Shown in pieces: positions 9,628-18,531 of a DNA stretch of 64,000 nucleotides (positions are counted from its first letter, which is position 1; every line of letters starts with the position of its first letter). The notes under the pieces were generated by a model that had not been told where the DNA came from, searched no databases, and was given only the letters and a program-made list of their open reading frames with translations. The DNA lies in contig CAVXSS010000001.1 of assembly GCA_963764515.1 (NCBI GenBank), forward strand, positions 194,677-258,676, read 5' to 3'. Both the position numbers and the translations under genes were made by a program. This DNA is from an uncultured Chloroflexia bacterium. GTDB lineage: Bacteria; Chloroflexota; Limnocylindria; Limnocylindrales; CSP1-4.

Positions 9628-10893
9628 TTACGGGTACAGCCCACGCATCTCCATCGCGTCGGCGACGCGGTTCACCGCCAACAGGTAGGCGGCGGTCCGC
9701 ATGTCACACGACTCGCGCTTGGCGATGTCGAGCGTCTCGCCGAAGGCCTTGACCATGATGCCCTTGAGCTTTTCGTTGACGACCGCCTCGCTCCAGTGGT
9801 CGCGGTTGAGGTCCTGCACCCACTCGAAGTAACTGACGGTCACGCCCCCGGCGTTGCACAGGATGTCGGGGATCATGAACACCCCGCGATCGAACAACTC
9901 GATGTCGGCGTCCGGCGTCGTCGGGCCGTTGGCGGCCTCGGCGATCAGTCGAGCCTTGACCTTGCCGGCGTTCCGACTCGTGATCTGGTTCTCGAGGGCG
10001 GCCGGGATGAGGATGTCGCAGTCGACCTCGAGGAGGTCGGCGTTCGTGATGTCCGTCGAGCCGGGGAAGCCCTGGACCGTGCCGTGCTCCTGCTTCCAGG
10101 CGACGACCTTGGCGATGTCGAGGCCGCCAGGAGCCCGGATGCCGCCGCTGGAGTCGGACACGGCGACGACCGTCGCGCCCGCCTCGGTGACGAGCCGTGC
10201 CGCGATGGAGCCCGCGTTGCCGAAGCCCTGGACCGCGACCCGGGACGTGCTGAGATCCATGCCCAGGTGGCGGGCGGCCTCGACGATCGTGTAGACGCAG
10301 CCGCGAGCGGTCGCCTCATTGCGACCTTCCGAGCCGCCGAGGCTGATGGGCTTGCCGGTGACGACACCCGGGACCGTGTAGCCCTGGTGCATCGAATAGG
10401 TGTCCATGATCCAGGCCATGACCTGGGCGTTGGTGTTGACGTCGGGAGCCGGGATGTCCCGCTCCGGGCCGATCAGGACCTCGATCTCGGTCGTGAAGCG
10501 GCGGGTCAGACCCTCGAGCTCCTTCTGGCTCAGCTTCTTGGGGTCGACGATGACGCCGCCTTTGCCGCCGCCATAGGGGATGCCCACGACCGCGCACTTC
10601 CAGGTCATCCACATCGCGAGGGCCTTGACCTCGTCGAGGCTCACGTTCTGGTGGTATCGAAGGCCACCCTTGGCGGGACCGCGACCCAGGTTGTGCTGGA
10701 CGCGATAGCCGGTGAAGACGTGGACCGAACCATCGTCCATGTGGACAGGGAAATGGCAGGTGAATTCGCGTCGTGGCTCGCGCAGGACCTGGCGCAGGCC
10801 ATCGTCCAGGTTCAGGCGTTCGGCCGCCAGGTCGAACTGTCGCTGGGCGACCTCCCAGGGATTGATCGCGGCTGCGACTTGCTCAGTCGTCAT
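9628..10893 (-). CDS. gdhA: Glutamate dehydrogenase (Glu/Leu/Phe/Val dehydrogenase family, hexameric ~420-aa type)
   Basis: The protein runs from MTTEQVAAAINPWE through to the C-terminus. The GGLRYHQNVSLDEVKALAMWMTWKCAVVGIPYGGGKGG block is the catalytic Lys region of GDH, and GFGNAGS is the dinucleotide fold. ATG at 10893. Confidence 0.9.
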   Translation of the reverse strand: MTTEQVAAAINPWEVAQRQFDLAAERLNLDDGLRQVLREPRREFTCHFPVHMDDGSVHVFTGYRVQHNLGRGPAKGGLRYHQNVSLDEVKALAMWMTWKCAVVGIPYGGGKGGVIVDPKKLSQKELEGLTRRFTTEIEVLIGPERDIPAPDVNTNAQVMAWIMDTYSMHQGYTVPGVVTGKPISLGGSEGRNEATARGCVYTIVEAARHLGMDLSTSRVAVQGFGNAGSIAARLVTEAGATVVAVSDSSGGIRAPGGLDIAKVVAWKQEHGTVQGFPGSTDITNADLLEVDCDILIPAALENQITSRNAGKVKARLIAEAANGPTTPDADIELFDRGVFMIPDILCNAGGVTVSYFEWVQDLNRDHWSEAVVNEKLKGIMVKAFGETLDIAKRESCDMRTAAYLLAVNRVADAMEMRGLYP

Positions 10894-11097
10894 GGATGGA
10901 AGAACCTCGTTGCCGGGCGGACTCTGACGCCGCCACGTCGATGTGGGTCGTCTCCCGGACGACCCCACGGGGCTCGTCGGCCGCGGCGACAGGACCACTC
11001 GGGTGCCATGTCGGCGCGACGACGCGCGACTCAATGCCCCCCAAGTGTAGCCCGACCCCGGGGTTTTGCGCCTCCCCGATGGTACCGGTCGGCAAGG

Positions 11098-11127
11098 TTG
11101 TCGCAACCCTCGTGCAACCTGTGCTGC
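11098..11127. promoter_or_regulatory. Direct repeat GCAAC-n6-GCAAC ~210 bp upstream of gdh, a possible GlnR-type box
   Basis: Sequence gttgtcGCAACcctcgtGCAACctgtg. It resembles the actinobacterial GlnR half-site GnAAC-n6-GnAAC. It lies in an unusually long (300 bp) gdh upstream region. Confidence 0.25.
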
Positions 11128-11192
11128 CGGAAATACCGCTGGGCGGCCTGCCCGCCGATCCTGGCAGTCGGGTCGGCCGCGGTTCGTGCGCG

Positions 11193-12083
11193 TCAGGCCC
11201 GATACAGCACGGCCGCCCCGACGCAGCCCGGGCCGAGGTGCGGCCCGACCGACGCCCCGACGAGGTTGATCGATACGTCCGCCGGATCGAGGTCACCCGA
11301 TGCCCTTGCGAGGACCTCGTCGCGAAAGCCCTCGACATCCGGCGTGACCGTGTGGAGGATCGCGAGACGCTCGATCGGGCGCTGGCAGATGAGCTCGATC
11401 ACGCGGTCGCGGGCCTTCGCACGCGTCCGCACCCGATCCGCCGTCTCGACGACGCCGTGCTCGACCGCGATGATCGGCTTCAGTGACAGCAGCGTCCCGA
11501 TGGCCGCCTGCGCGCCGGAGATGCGGCCACCCTTCTTGAGGTACTCGAGGGTCTCGAGCGCCACGTACATCCGCATGTCCGGTGCGCGACCTTCGAGGGT
11601 CTCGGCGATCTCCGCCGCGGGCCGGTCGTCGGCCGCCATCTCCACGCCCATCCGTGCCAGGATCCCCTCGGCCATCGATGCGCCAAACGAATCGACGACG
11701 TGGATCTCGCGGTCAGGCAGCATGTCCCGAGCGATCTGGGCGCTCTTGATGGTGCCGGACAGGCTCCCCGCCACATGGATCGAGACGATCGCCTCGGCAC
11801 CCGCGGTGAAGGCCGCCTCGTAGGCCTCCTTGAACTCGCCCGGTGACGAGGCCGCCGTTGTTGGGAACGGCGCATCGGGCGCGACCATCCGCTCCCAGAA
11901 CGCCTCGGCCGACAGTTCGGAGCCGGCCTTGAATGTCTCCTGACCGAAGTTGACCAGCAGCGGGATGATGGTGATGCCCTCGGCCTCCGCGTCGGCCGGG
12001 TCCAGGTCCGAGGCCGAATCGGTGAAGATGGCGACGCGGCTCAAGCATTCCTCCTCGCTGCGGGCCCCGAACGTTGCGGGCAT
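11193..12083 (-). CDS. DegV family fatty-acid-binding protein
   Basis: VAIFTDSASDL start and a ~290-aa DegV/EDD fold (GTIKSAQIA, YLKKGGRISGA). The start is ambiguous. The ATG at 12083 and a TTG at 12044 with a GAGGAGGAA RBS are both possible. Confidence 0.8.
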   Translation of the reverse strand: MPATFGARSEEECLSRVAIFTDSASDLDPADAEAEGITIIPLLVNFGQETFKAGSELSAEAFWERMVAPDAPFPTTAASSPGEFKEAYEAAFTAGAEAIVSIHVAGSLSGTIKSAQIARDMLPDREIHVVDSFGASMAEGILARMGVEMAADDRPAAEIAETLEGRAPDMRMYVALETLEYLKKGGRISGAQAAIGTLLSLKPIIAVEHGVVETADRVRTRAKARDRVIELICQRPIERLAILHTVTPDVEGFRDEVLARASGDLDPADVSINLVGASVGPHLGPGCVGAAVLYRA

Positions 12084-12149
12084 GATACGAGCCGGGGTCC
12101 AGCCCGGTGCCGGTGTCGCTCGGGTCGGCGAGCCGCTACGCTTCGGGCG

Positions 12150-13454
12150 ATGGACCGCTCCCTCCGGGCCGTGCTGGCCGGCACCTTCACGCTCCGGTTC
12201 AGCACCGGCCTGACGGGCGCGATGCTGGCGGCGTACCTCGCGAAGCTCCCCGACCACGGCGGGCCGGTCGTGGCTGCGACCACGCTTGCCGCGCTGCACG
12301 TCACGTTCTACACGGCCGAGCTGGTCCTCTCGCCCGTGTTCGGGTTGCTCTCCGACCGGCTGGGACACCATCGCGTGATGCTCTTCGGCCCGGCCTTCGG
12401 AGCGGCCGCGGTGGTCCTGACCGGCCTCACGACGAATCTCGTCCTCCTGGGTGGCACGCGCCTGCTCGAGGGTGCCTCGACTGCCGCGAGCATCCCATCC
12501 ATCCTCGGTTACATCGCCGCGATCACGGCCGGCAGCGAGATCCTGCGAGGCAAGGCCGCCGCGCGCTTCGAAGGGGCGACCCTGGCCGGGATCGGCATCG
12601 GCTTCGTGGTCGCGCCGCTGCTGTTCGCGGCCCTCGGGCCGGTCGCATTCTTCCTGAACGCGGCGTTCTACGGCGTCTCGTTCCTCATCTATCGCTTCGG
12701 CGTCGTCGACCACGACGCCGAGGAACGGGCCTCGCGACCGGGCGCCGGGACCGGCCCGCGCGTCGACTGGCGCCGGTACGGCGTGCTCCTGCGAAGCTCG
12801 CATGTCTGGCTCCTCGCCCCCACGTGGATCGCGGTCAACGCCGCGATCGGCCTGTGGTTCAGCCAGTCCATCTTCCAGTTCTCGAAAGCGGACCCGCGCT
12901 TCCCGGACCAGTTCCTGCTGCACGGTTTCAGCCCCGTCCAGATCTCCTTGTCGGCCGTGGTCATCGGGTTGCTGTTCGGGGCTGGACTCATCTACTGGGG
13001 CAATCGATTCAAGAACATGCGCCGGACGACGATCATCCTCTACGGCATCCTGGGTGGCGCGGTGCTGGTCGTCGGCGGGGTGGCCATCAACCACGGTGCC
13101 GACCTGCCCATCGTCGTGCCGCTGGCCGGGCTCATCGCCGCGGGCCTCGGCCTGTTCGTCCTTGCCGGCGCGACACCGGCGGCGCTCGGGCTCCTGGCCG
13201 ACATCTCGGAGCGGTTCCCGGCCGATCGTGGGGCGATCATGGGCCTCTACAGCGTCTTCCTCGCGATCGGTCAGATCCTTGGCGCGCTCGTCGGCGGGCT
13301 GGCCGCCGACTGGCGCGGGATCGACGGGCTGCTCGTTGGCACGTTGTCGATGCTGCTGATCGCGCTGCTTCCGCTCGCCCTGTTGCGACGCCAGGAGCGC
13401 TACGTCGGTGGCCCGGGCACCGTGGCGTCGTTCGGCGACGCGCCCCAGACATGA
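12150..13454 (+). CDS. MFS transporter
   Basis: 434-aa protein with ~12 TM segments, and a GLLSDRLGHHRVMLFGP loop typical of MFS motif A. The stop overlaps the ggt start (ATGA). Confidence 0.8.
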   Translation: MDRSLRAVLAGTFTLRFSTGLTGAMLAAYLAKLPDHGGPVVAATTLAALHVTFYTAELVLSPVFGLLSDRLGHHRVMLFGPAFGAAAVVLTGLTTNLVLLGGTRLLEGASTAASIPSILGYIAAITAGSEILRGKAAARFEGATLAGIGIGFVVAPLLFAALGPVAFFLNAAFYGVSFLIYRFGVVDHDAEERASRPGAGTGPRVDWRRYGVLLRSSHVWLLAPTWIAVNAAIGLWFSQSIFQFSKADPRFPDQFLLHGFSPVQISLSAVVIGLLFGAGLIYWGNRFKNMRRTTIILYGILGGAVLVVGGVAINHGADLPIVVPLAGLIAAGLGLFVLAGATPAALGLLADISERFPADRGAIMGLYSVFLAIGQILGALVGGLAADWRGIDGLLVGTLSMLLIALLPLALLRRQERYVGGPGTVASFGDAPQT

Positions 13455-15121
13455 CCGGCGAACGGCCATGGGCGCCGGTCCCGCTCGTCCGGGGCGTCCG
13501 CGGCGCGGTGGTCGCCCCGCACCATCTCGCGACCGAAGCCGGGCTCTCGGTCCTGCGGGCCGGCGGCTCGGCGGTCGATGCGGCCATCGCCACCAATGCG
13601 GCGCTCGCTGTCGTCGTGCCCAGCAGCTGCGGGATCGGAGGCGACGCCTTCTGGTTGACCTGGGACGCTGGCGCCGGCCGCCAGGAGGCCATCAACGGAT
13701 CCGGGCGCGCCGGCTCGCACGCCGACGCCGGCTGGCTCCGCGCGACCGGGCTGACCCAGCTGCCGCGGCGGGGTCCGCTCACGATCACGGTCCCGGGCGC
13801 GGTCCGGTCGTGGGGGGACGCCCACGCGGGAGCCGGCCGACTGTCGCGTGACGCGATCCTGGCCCCGGCCATCGAGCTGGCACGGAACGGGTTCCCGGCG
13901 TGGGACGGGTTCATCGAAGGCGTGGAACGCACTGCCGTGCTGGTCGCGAGCGACCTTGGCCCCGACGCCGGCTTCTTCGAGGTCTTCCGGCCGGATGGCC
14001 GGCCATGGCATCCCGGTGAGCGTGTCCGCCTGCCGGCCCTGGCCGCGACCCTCGAGACGCTCGCCCGGGACGGTTTCGACGCCTTCTACGAGGGCGACCT
14101 TGGCGAGCGCCAGGCCCGGGCGCTGGCCGATGTCGGCGCACTCGTCACCGCTGCCGACCTTCGCTCCCACACATCGACCCGCGCGGACCCGATCGAGGTC
14201 GACTACCGCGGCGTCCGGGTCACGACCCATCCCCCGAACAGCTCGGGGGTGGTCGCGCTGGAGCTGCTGTCGATCCTGTCGAGATTCGAGGCGCCGGGGC
14301 GCGAAGCCTTCGGACCCACGGGAGTCACGGACCCCGCCTGGATCCACCTCGGCATCGAGGCGGCGAAGCTCGCGATGACCGATCGGGACGCCTGTCTCAC
14401 CGACCCGGCCTTCGAGACCGTGCCCGTCGACCACCTCCTCGACCCCGCGTATGCCGCGGAGCTTGCGGCACGGATCGACCCGCGACGGGCCGCCCGGCCG
14501 GCCGCCTCGACCAATCCGCGCGGTGGCGGCACGATCTACCTCGCCGTCGTGGACGGGGACGGCAACGCGGTCAGCCTCATCGAGTCGAACTACATGGGTT
14601 TTGGTTCGGGGGTCGTGGACCCGGCGACCGGCATCCACTACCAGAACCGGGGGAGCTACTTCAGCCTGGACGAGCATCACCCGAACCGCCTCGCGCCGGG
14701 CAAGCGGACCCTCCACACGTTGCTCCCCGGGATGCTGTTCCGTGACGGTCAGCCCGGTCCGTGGGTCGTCGCGGGGTCGATGGGCGGCGACGCCCAGCCG
14801 CAGATCCACGCGCAGCTGGTATCCGCCCTGGTCGACGGTGGGGTCGACGTCGCGACCGCCGTCGCGGCCCCGCGCTGGTACGTCGAACCGTCCGACCACT
14901 TCGCGCCGCCCGTCGACGTTCGACTCGAGCCACGACATGCCCCGGGCGTCGCCGAGGCGCTCGAGGCGATGGGTCATCCGCTGCTCCCCACCGAACCGTT
15001 CGATGGCGCCCTCGGGCACGAGCATGCCATCGAATGTGTCGCCGGCGGACCGGGCGCGTCGGGGGGCTCCCTGGCGGCGGCCACCGACCCCCGGAGCGCG
15101 GGTCTGCCGGCCGTCTGGTAG
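13451..15121 (+). CDS. ggt: Gamma-glutamyltranspeptidase
   Basis: 556-aa part of the 1004-aa track ORF. It carries GGT blocks including the autoprocessing Thr region TIYLAVVDGDGNAVSLIESNYMGFGSG and GSMGGD. Confidence 0.9.
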   Translation: MTGERPWAPVPLVRGVRGAVVAPHHLATEAGLSVLRAGGSAVDAAIATNAALAVVVPSSCGIGGDAFWLTWDAGAGRQEAINGSGRAGSHADAGWLRATGLTQLPRRGPLTITVPGAVRSWGDAHAGAGRLSRDAILAPAIELARNGFPAWDGFIEGVERTAVLVASDLGPDAGFFEVFRPDGRPWHPGERVRLPALAATLETLARDGFDAFYEGDLGERQARALADVGALVTAADLRSHTSTRADPIEVDYRGVRVTTHPPNSSGVVALELLSILSRFEAPGREAFGPTGVTDPAWIHLGIEAAKLAMTDRDACLTDPAFETVPVDHLLDPAYAAELAARIDPRRAARPAASTNPRGGGTIYLAVVDGDGNAVSLIESNYMGFGSGVVDPATGIHYQNRGSYFSLDEHHPNRLAPGKRTLHTLLPGMLFRDGQPGPWVVAGSMGGDAQPQIHAQLVSALVDGGVDVATAVAAPRWYVEPSDHFAPPVDVRLEPRHAPGVAEALEAMGHPLLPTEPFDGALGHEHAIECVAGGPGASGGSLAAATDPRSAGLPAVW

Positions 15122-15254
15122 CGCGGGTCTCCGTCCCGGCCACGGCCGGATTCGGCGGCTCGGCGCGTATACTCGGGCCCGCCGGTGGCAGGCTGCGCTC
15201 ACACGAAGCCGCCACCGGCGACGAACGACCGGAGCGCGCCGTCGGGAGGGGCAC

Positions 15255-15527
15255 GTGACCTCGAACATCAGCCAGAACTACCCCTACACGAGCGAATCCG
15301 AGGACGAGCGCGCCTCGCACATCGCCTCGCTCGTGGCGGCGCGGTCCGGGCTGGCCGACACCCTCGCCGCGGAGACGACGCCGCTCGGTGACGATCCGCG
15401 CTGGTGGGTCTGGAAGTGCCCGACGCCAGGCTGCGCGGGTCTGCTCCACACGGCCGGGTACGCCCTAGAGAAGCACGCCGTCTACGTCGTGTGCGACGGG
15501 ACCTGCGCCAAGACCTTCCTGCGCTGA
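15255..15527 (+). CDS. Small (90-aa) putative zinc-ribbon protein
   Basis: GGGAGGGG RBS 3 nt before the GTG at 15255. Two Cys pairs, CPTPGC...CDGTC, suggest a zinc ribbon. Its 3' end overlaps the likely azlC start. Confidence 0.4.
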   Translation: MTSNISQNYPYTSESEDERASHIASLVAARSGLADTLAAETTPLGDDPRWWVWKCPTPGCAGLLHTAGYALEKHAVYVVCDGTCAKTFLR

Positions 15528-16393
15528 ACGACCGCGGCGCAAGCGACCCCACGACCGGCGCGGCGTCCCAGCGCGAGAGCCGGCGGCGGCTGATCACCGA
15601 GGGCATCGGGATCGCCGTCTCGGCGGCCGGGTTCGGCTTCGTCTACGGCCTGTCCGCCCGCCAGGCGGGCTTCTCGCCGATCGAGGCCATCGCGATGAGC
15701 GTGATCGTCTTCGCGGGCGCGGCCCAGTTCGCGGCCGTCGGCTACGTGGCGAGCGGCGTGGCATGGCCCGCCATCGCGCTCCTGACCGGGCTCCTCAACG
15801 CCAGGCACCTCCTGTATTCGGCGGCGCTCCGTCCGTGGCTGCGGGACGTGCCGTTCCCGCGCCGGGCACTCATGGCCCACCTGCTCACCGACGAGGCGTT
15901 CGCGCTCACGATCGGTCACTTCCGGCGCATCGACCGGAGCGACGAGTGGGGGTTCTGGGTCGCCGCGATCGGGACGACGTTCATCCCGTGGAATCTGGCG
16001 ACGATCGCCGGAGTCTTCCTCGGCGGACAGATCCCGGACCCCGCACGGTTCGGCATCGACATCATCTTCCCGGCCGCGATGGTGGGGCTCGCCGTCGGCC
16101 TGATCTCCGGACGGCGGGAGCTCGTCGCGGCGGTCGTCGGGGCCGGGATCGCCGTCGTCGTCGCGCTGGTCTCGAGCCCGTCGATCGGGATCGTCTCGGG
16201 TGGGATCGTCGGGCCGGCCATCGGCCTGCTCGTCCCCGCGGGGGCGGCGCATGAGACGGCGCCGATCGGGACGACCGCCTCGGCCGAACGCTACGCGGTG
16301 CCGCGCGCCCATCTCGAACCCGACACCGCCGATGACACGTCCGCAGGGACGCCCGGGACCGACGCGACCGACGGGAACGAGGCCGCCCGATGA
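15491..16393 (+). CDS. azlC: AzlC family branched-chain amino acid permease
   Basis: AzlC-like TM protein (SVIVFAGAAQFAAVGYVASG, LTDEAF). The start is uncertain between GTG at 15404, 15416 or 15491. The stop overlaps azlD (ATGA). Confidence 0.75.
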   Translation: MRRDLRQDLPALNDRGASDPTTGAASQRESRRRLITEGIGIAVSAAGFGFVYGLSARQAGFSPIEAIAMSVIVFAGAAQFAAVGYVASGVAWPAIALLTGLLNARHLLYSAALRPWLRDVPFPRRALMAHLLTDEAFALTIGHFRRIDRSDEWGFWVAAIGTTFIPWNLATIAGVFLGGQIPDPARFGIDIIFPAAMVGLAVGLISGRRELVAAVVGAGIAVVVALVSSPSIGIVSGGIVGPAIGLLVPAGAAHETAPIGTTASAERYAVPRAHLEPDTADDTSAGTPGTDATDGNEAAR

Positions 16394-16731
16394 GCACGAG
16401 CCTGATCGTCCTTGCCCTCGTGATGCTGGCGGTGACCTATCCGTCACGTGCACTCGGCCTGCTCACGCCCGGGCTCGATCGCTTGCCGCGCTGGGCGTTC
16501 GACTACCTCCAGCTCGTAGGGCCGGCGGTGCTCGCTGCGCTGGCGGCGGTCAACGTGATGGTCGCCAAGGACGCCGACGGGCTCCCTTCGTTCCATGTTG
16601 GCGTCGAGTGGGTCGCGGTCCTCGCCTGCATGGCGGTCGTGGCCTGGCGACGCAACCTGTTCCTCGGCCTGATCGTCGCGGTGGCCATCGTCGTGGTCGC
16701 GCGGGCGGCCGGGATCGCCGCCCTGCCCTGA
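16390..16731 (+). CDS. azlD: AzlD family branched-chain amino acid transport protein
   Basis: 113-aa four-TM protein immediately after azlC, coupled by an ATGA overlap. Confidence 0.75.
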   Translation: MSTSLIVLALVMLAVTYPSRALGLLTPGLDRLPRWAFDYLQLVGPAVLAALAAVNVMVAKDADGLPSFHVGVEWVAVLACMAVVAWRRNLFLGLIVAVAIVVVARAAGIAALP

Positions 16732-16811
16732 CGGGCCAAGAACAGGCCCAAGCCATCGCAGGTCGCCTCGACGCCCGCGATCGGGAGCGGCAGGCGAGGC
16801 GCGCGCGAACC

Positions 16812-17201
16812 CTAGCCCTTGCGGGCCTCGGCCTCGATCTCGATGAGCAAGCTCGGCTCGATGAGGGCGCGCACCTCGACCATCGTGGCGGCGGGTCGCG
16901 TCTCGTCGAAGAACTCGCGATGGACCGCGATGACCTCGCCCGAGCGGGCGATATCGGTCACGAACATCCGGGTCCTGACGACATCGCCGAGACGGAACCC
17001 GGCCGCCTCGAGCGCCGTGGCGATGATCGCAAGGCTGGCACGCGCCTGGCCGGCGATATCCCCCGGGTGCTGCGACCGGCCATCCGGCCCGGCATCGGTC
17101 GTCCCGGCGACCCAGCACGAATCGCCGACCACGACGGCTCGGCTGTAGCCGCCGAGCGTCTCCCACGGCCCTCCCGAGGAGATCCGGCGGCGACCGGTCA
17201 T
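16812..17201 (-). CDS. ridA: RidA/YjgF family reactive-intermediate deaminase
   Basis: 129-aa C-terminal part of the track ORF, with characteristic RTRMFVTDIA and EVRALIEPSLLIEIEAEA blocks. Lies 7 nt downstream of the M20 gene. Confidence 0.8.
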   Translation of the reverse strand: MTGRRRISSGGPWETLGGYSRAVVVGDSCWVAGTTDAGPDGRSQHPGDIAGQARASLAIIATALEAAGFRLGDVVRTRMFVTDIARSGEVIAVHREFFDETRPAATMVEVRALIEPSLLIEIEAEARKG

Positions 17202-17208
17202 GCCGGCC

Positions 17209-18444
17209 CTACCCCGCGTCGGGCGGTGTGTCGCGCCAGGCGACGATGGCCGGGTCGCGACCGATGGCGAGCAGCAGCCCGGCCAGCAGCGATGTCCGCG
17301 GCACGATCGACTCGATCTCGAGGTACTCAGCCGGCGCGTGGTCGCTGCCGCCGATCGGTCCGAGGCCGTCCAGGCTCGGCACGCCCATGCCGGCCGTGGT
17401 GTTCGCGTCGGACGCACCGCCGGTCGCTGCATCGGCGATCGAGAAGCCAAGGCCCTCGGCGACCGCCTTCGCATGCGCGACGAGACGGGCGCTGCGGGCG
17501 AGCTTCTCCATCGGCCACCAGCGCGCCATCGGTTCGAACTCGACGCTGGTGTCCGGCACCACGGTGGTCTCGGCGATGCGGTGGATCTCGGCCTCCGCGG
17601 CCTCCAGCTCGGCGCGGGTCACGCCACGGACGTCCACCTCGAGCGAGCAGCGCTCCGCGACGACGTTCGGTCGCGTGCCGCCGGCGATGACCCCGACGTT
17701 GACCGTGACGCCCGGCCACCGTCCGTTGAGGCCATGCAGGTCGCCGACGATCCGGGCCGCCTCCAGGATGGCGCTCCGACCCTTCTCCGGCTCCACGCCG
17801 GCATGGGCCGCACGCCCGGTGACGGTGATGCGCAGGTCCAGGATGCCCTTGCGCGACGAGACGATGTCGCCGTTCGCGCGGGCGCATTCGAGCACGAGCG
17901 TCGCATCCATGTCTCTGGCGAGCGCGCGGATGTGGGGGGCCGACGTCGGCGAGCCGATCTCCTCGTCGGGGTTCGCCACGAAGACGAGCCGCTCGAAGGG
18001 CAGTCCCCCAAGCTGACCCATCAGGGCCTTGAGCGCATACAGCCCAGCCAGCAGGCCACCCTTCATGTCGGTCACGCCGGGTCCTCGGGCGAGCCCGTCG
18101 GCGATGGCGAACGGCCGGTCGGCGACGGTCCCCGGATCGAACACCGTATCGAGGTGGCCGATCAGCAGGATCCGCGGCGCGCCAGCACGACCGTCGAAGG
18201 TCGCCACCACCGTGTCGCCGAGGCGGCCGGCCGGATCCGGCCGGCGTTCGACAGTCGCGCCGAGACCGACCAGGAACTCGGCCGTCCAGCTCCCGACCTC
18301 GTTGACGCCATCGGGGGTGTAGCTGCCGCAATCGATATTGACGAGGCGCTCGAGGTCGCGCAGGAAGCTCGGGAAATCGGCGGTCACCGCGTCGCGCAGG
18401 GCGTCGAGCTCGGGAGTCTTCGGAACCGCGGTCATGGCATCCAC
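17209..18444 (-). CDS. M20 family metallopeptidase (dipeptidase/deacylase-like)
   Basis: HLDTVF (metal-binding His), GVTDMKGG and NPDEEIGS blocks (Asp/Glu metal ligands). 411 aa. Confidence 0.85.
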   Translation of the reverse strand: MDAMTAVPKTPELDALRDAVTADFPSFLRDLERLVNIDCGSYTPDGVNEVGSWTAEFLVGLGATVERRPDPAGRLGDTVVATFDGRAGAPRILLIGHLDTVFDPGTVADRPFAIADGLARGPGVTDMKGGLLAGLYALKALMGQLGGLPFERLVFVANPDEEIGSPTSAPHIRALARDMDATLVLECARANGDIVSSRKGILDLRITVTGRAAHAGVEPEKGRSAILEAARIVGDLHGLNGRWPGVTVNVGVIAGGTRPNVVAERCSLEVDVRGVTRAELEAAEAEIHRIAETTVVPDTSVEFEPMARWWPMEKLARSARLVAHAKAVAEGLGFSIADAATGGASDANTTAGMGVPSLDGLGPIGGSDHAPAEYLEIESIVPRTSLLAGLLLAIGRDPAIVAWRDTPPDAG

Positions 18445-18531
18445 GCCCCGGAGTCTAGCCTCGCCGGATCGGTCCTACCGGCTGAGGAGGCGGGTCTCAC
18501 GGCGATCGCCGCTTGCTATCCTGCCGGGACC

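Noticed and set aside
9091-11823. 910-aa plus-strand ORF spanning the gdh and DegV loci
   Set aside because: It is antisense to two well-supported genes, and its translation is low-complexity.
12107-15121. Single 1004-aa ORF
   Set aside because: The first third is an out-of-frame reading across the MFS gene. The real products are the MFS transporter (12150..13454, other frame) and GGT (13451..15121).
13400-15268. 622-aa minus-strand ORF antisense to ggt
   Set aside because: Spurious GC-frame ORF. The GGT motifs are on the plus strand.
17200-18531. 5' two-thirds of the 1030-aa plus ORF, overlapping the M20 peptidase gene
   Set aside because: The region is occupied by the minus-strand M20 gene, and CphA N-domain homology begins only at the GTG at 18532.
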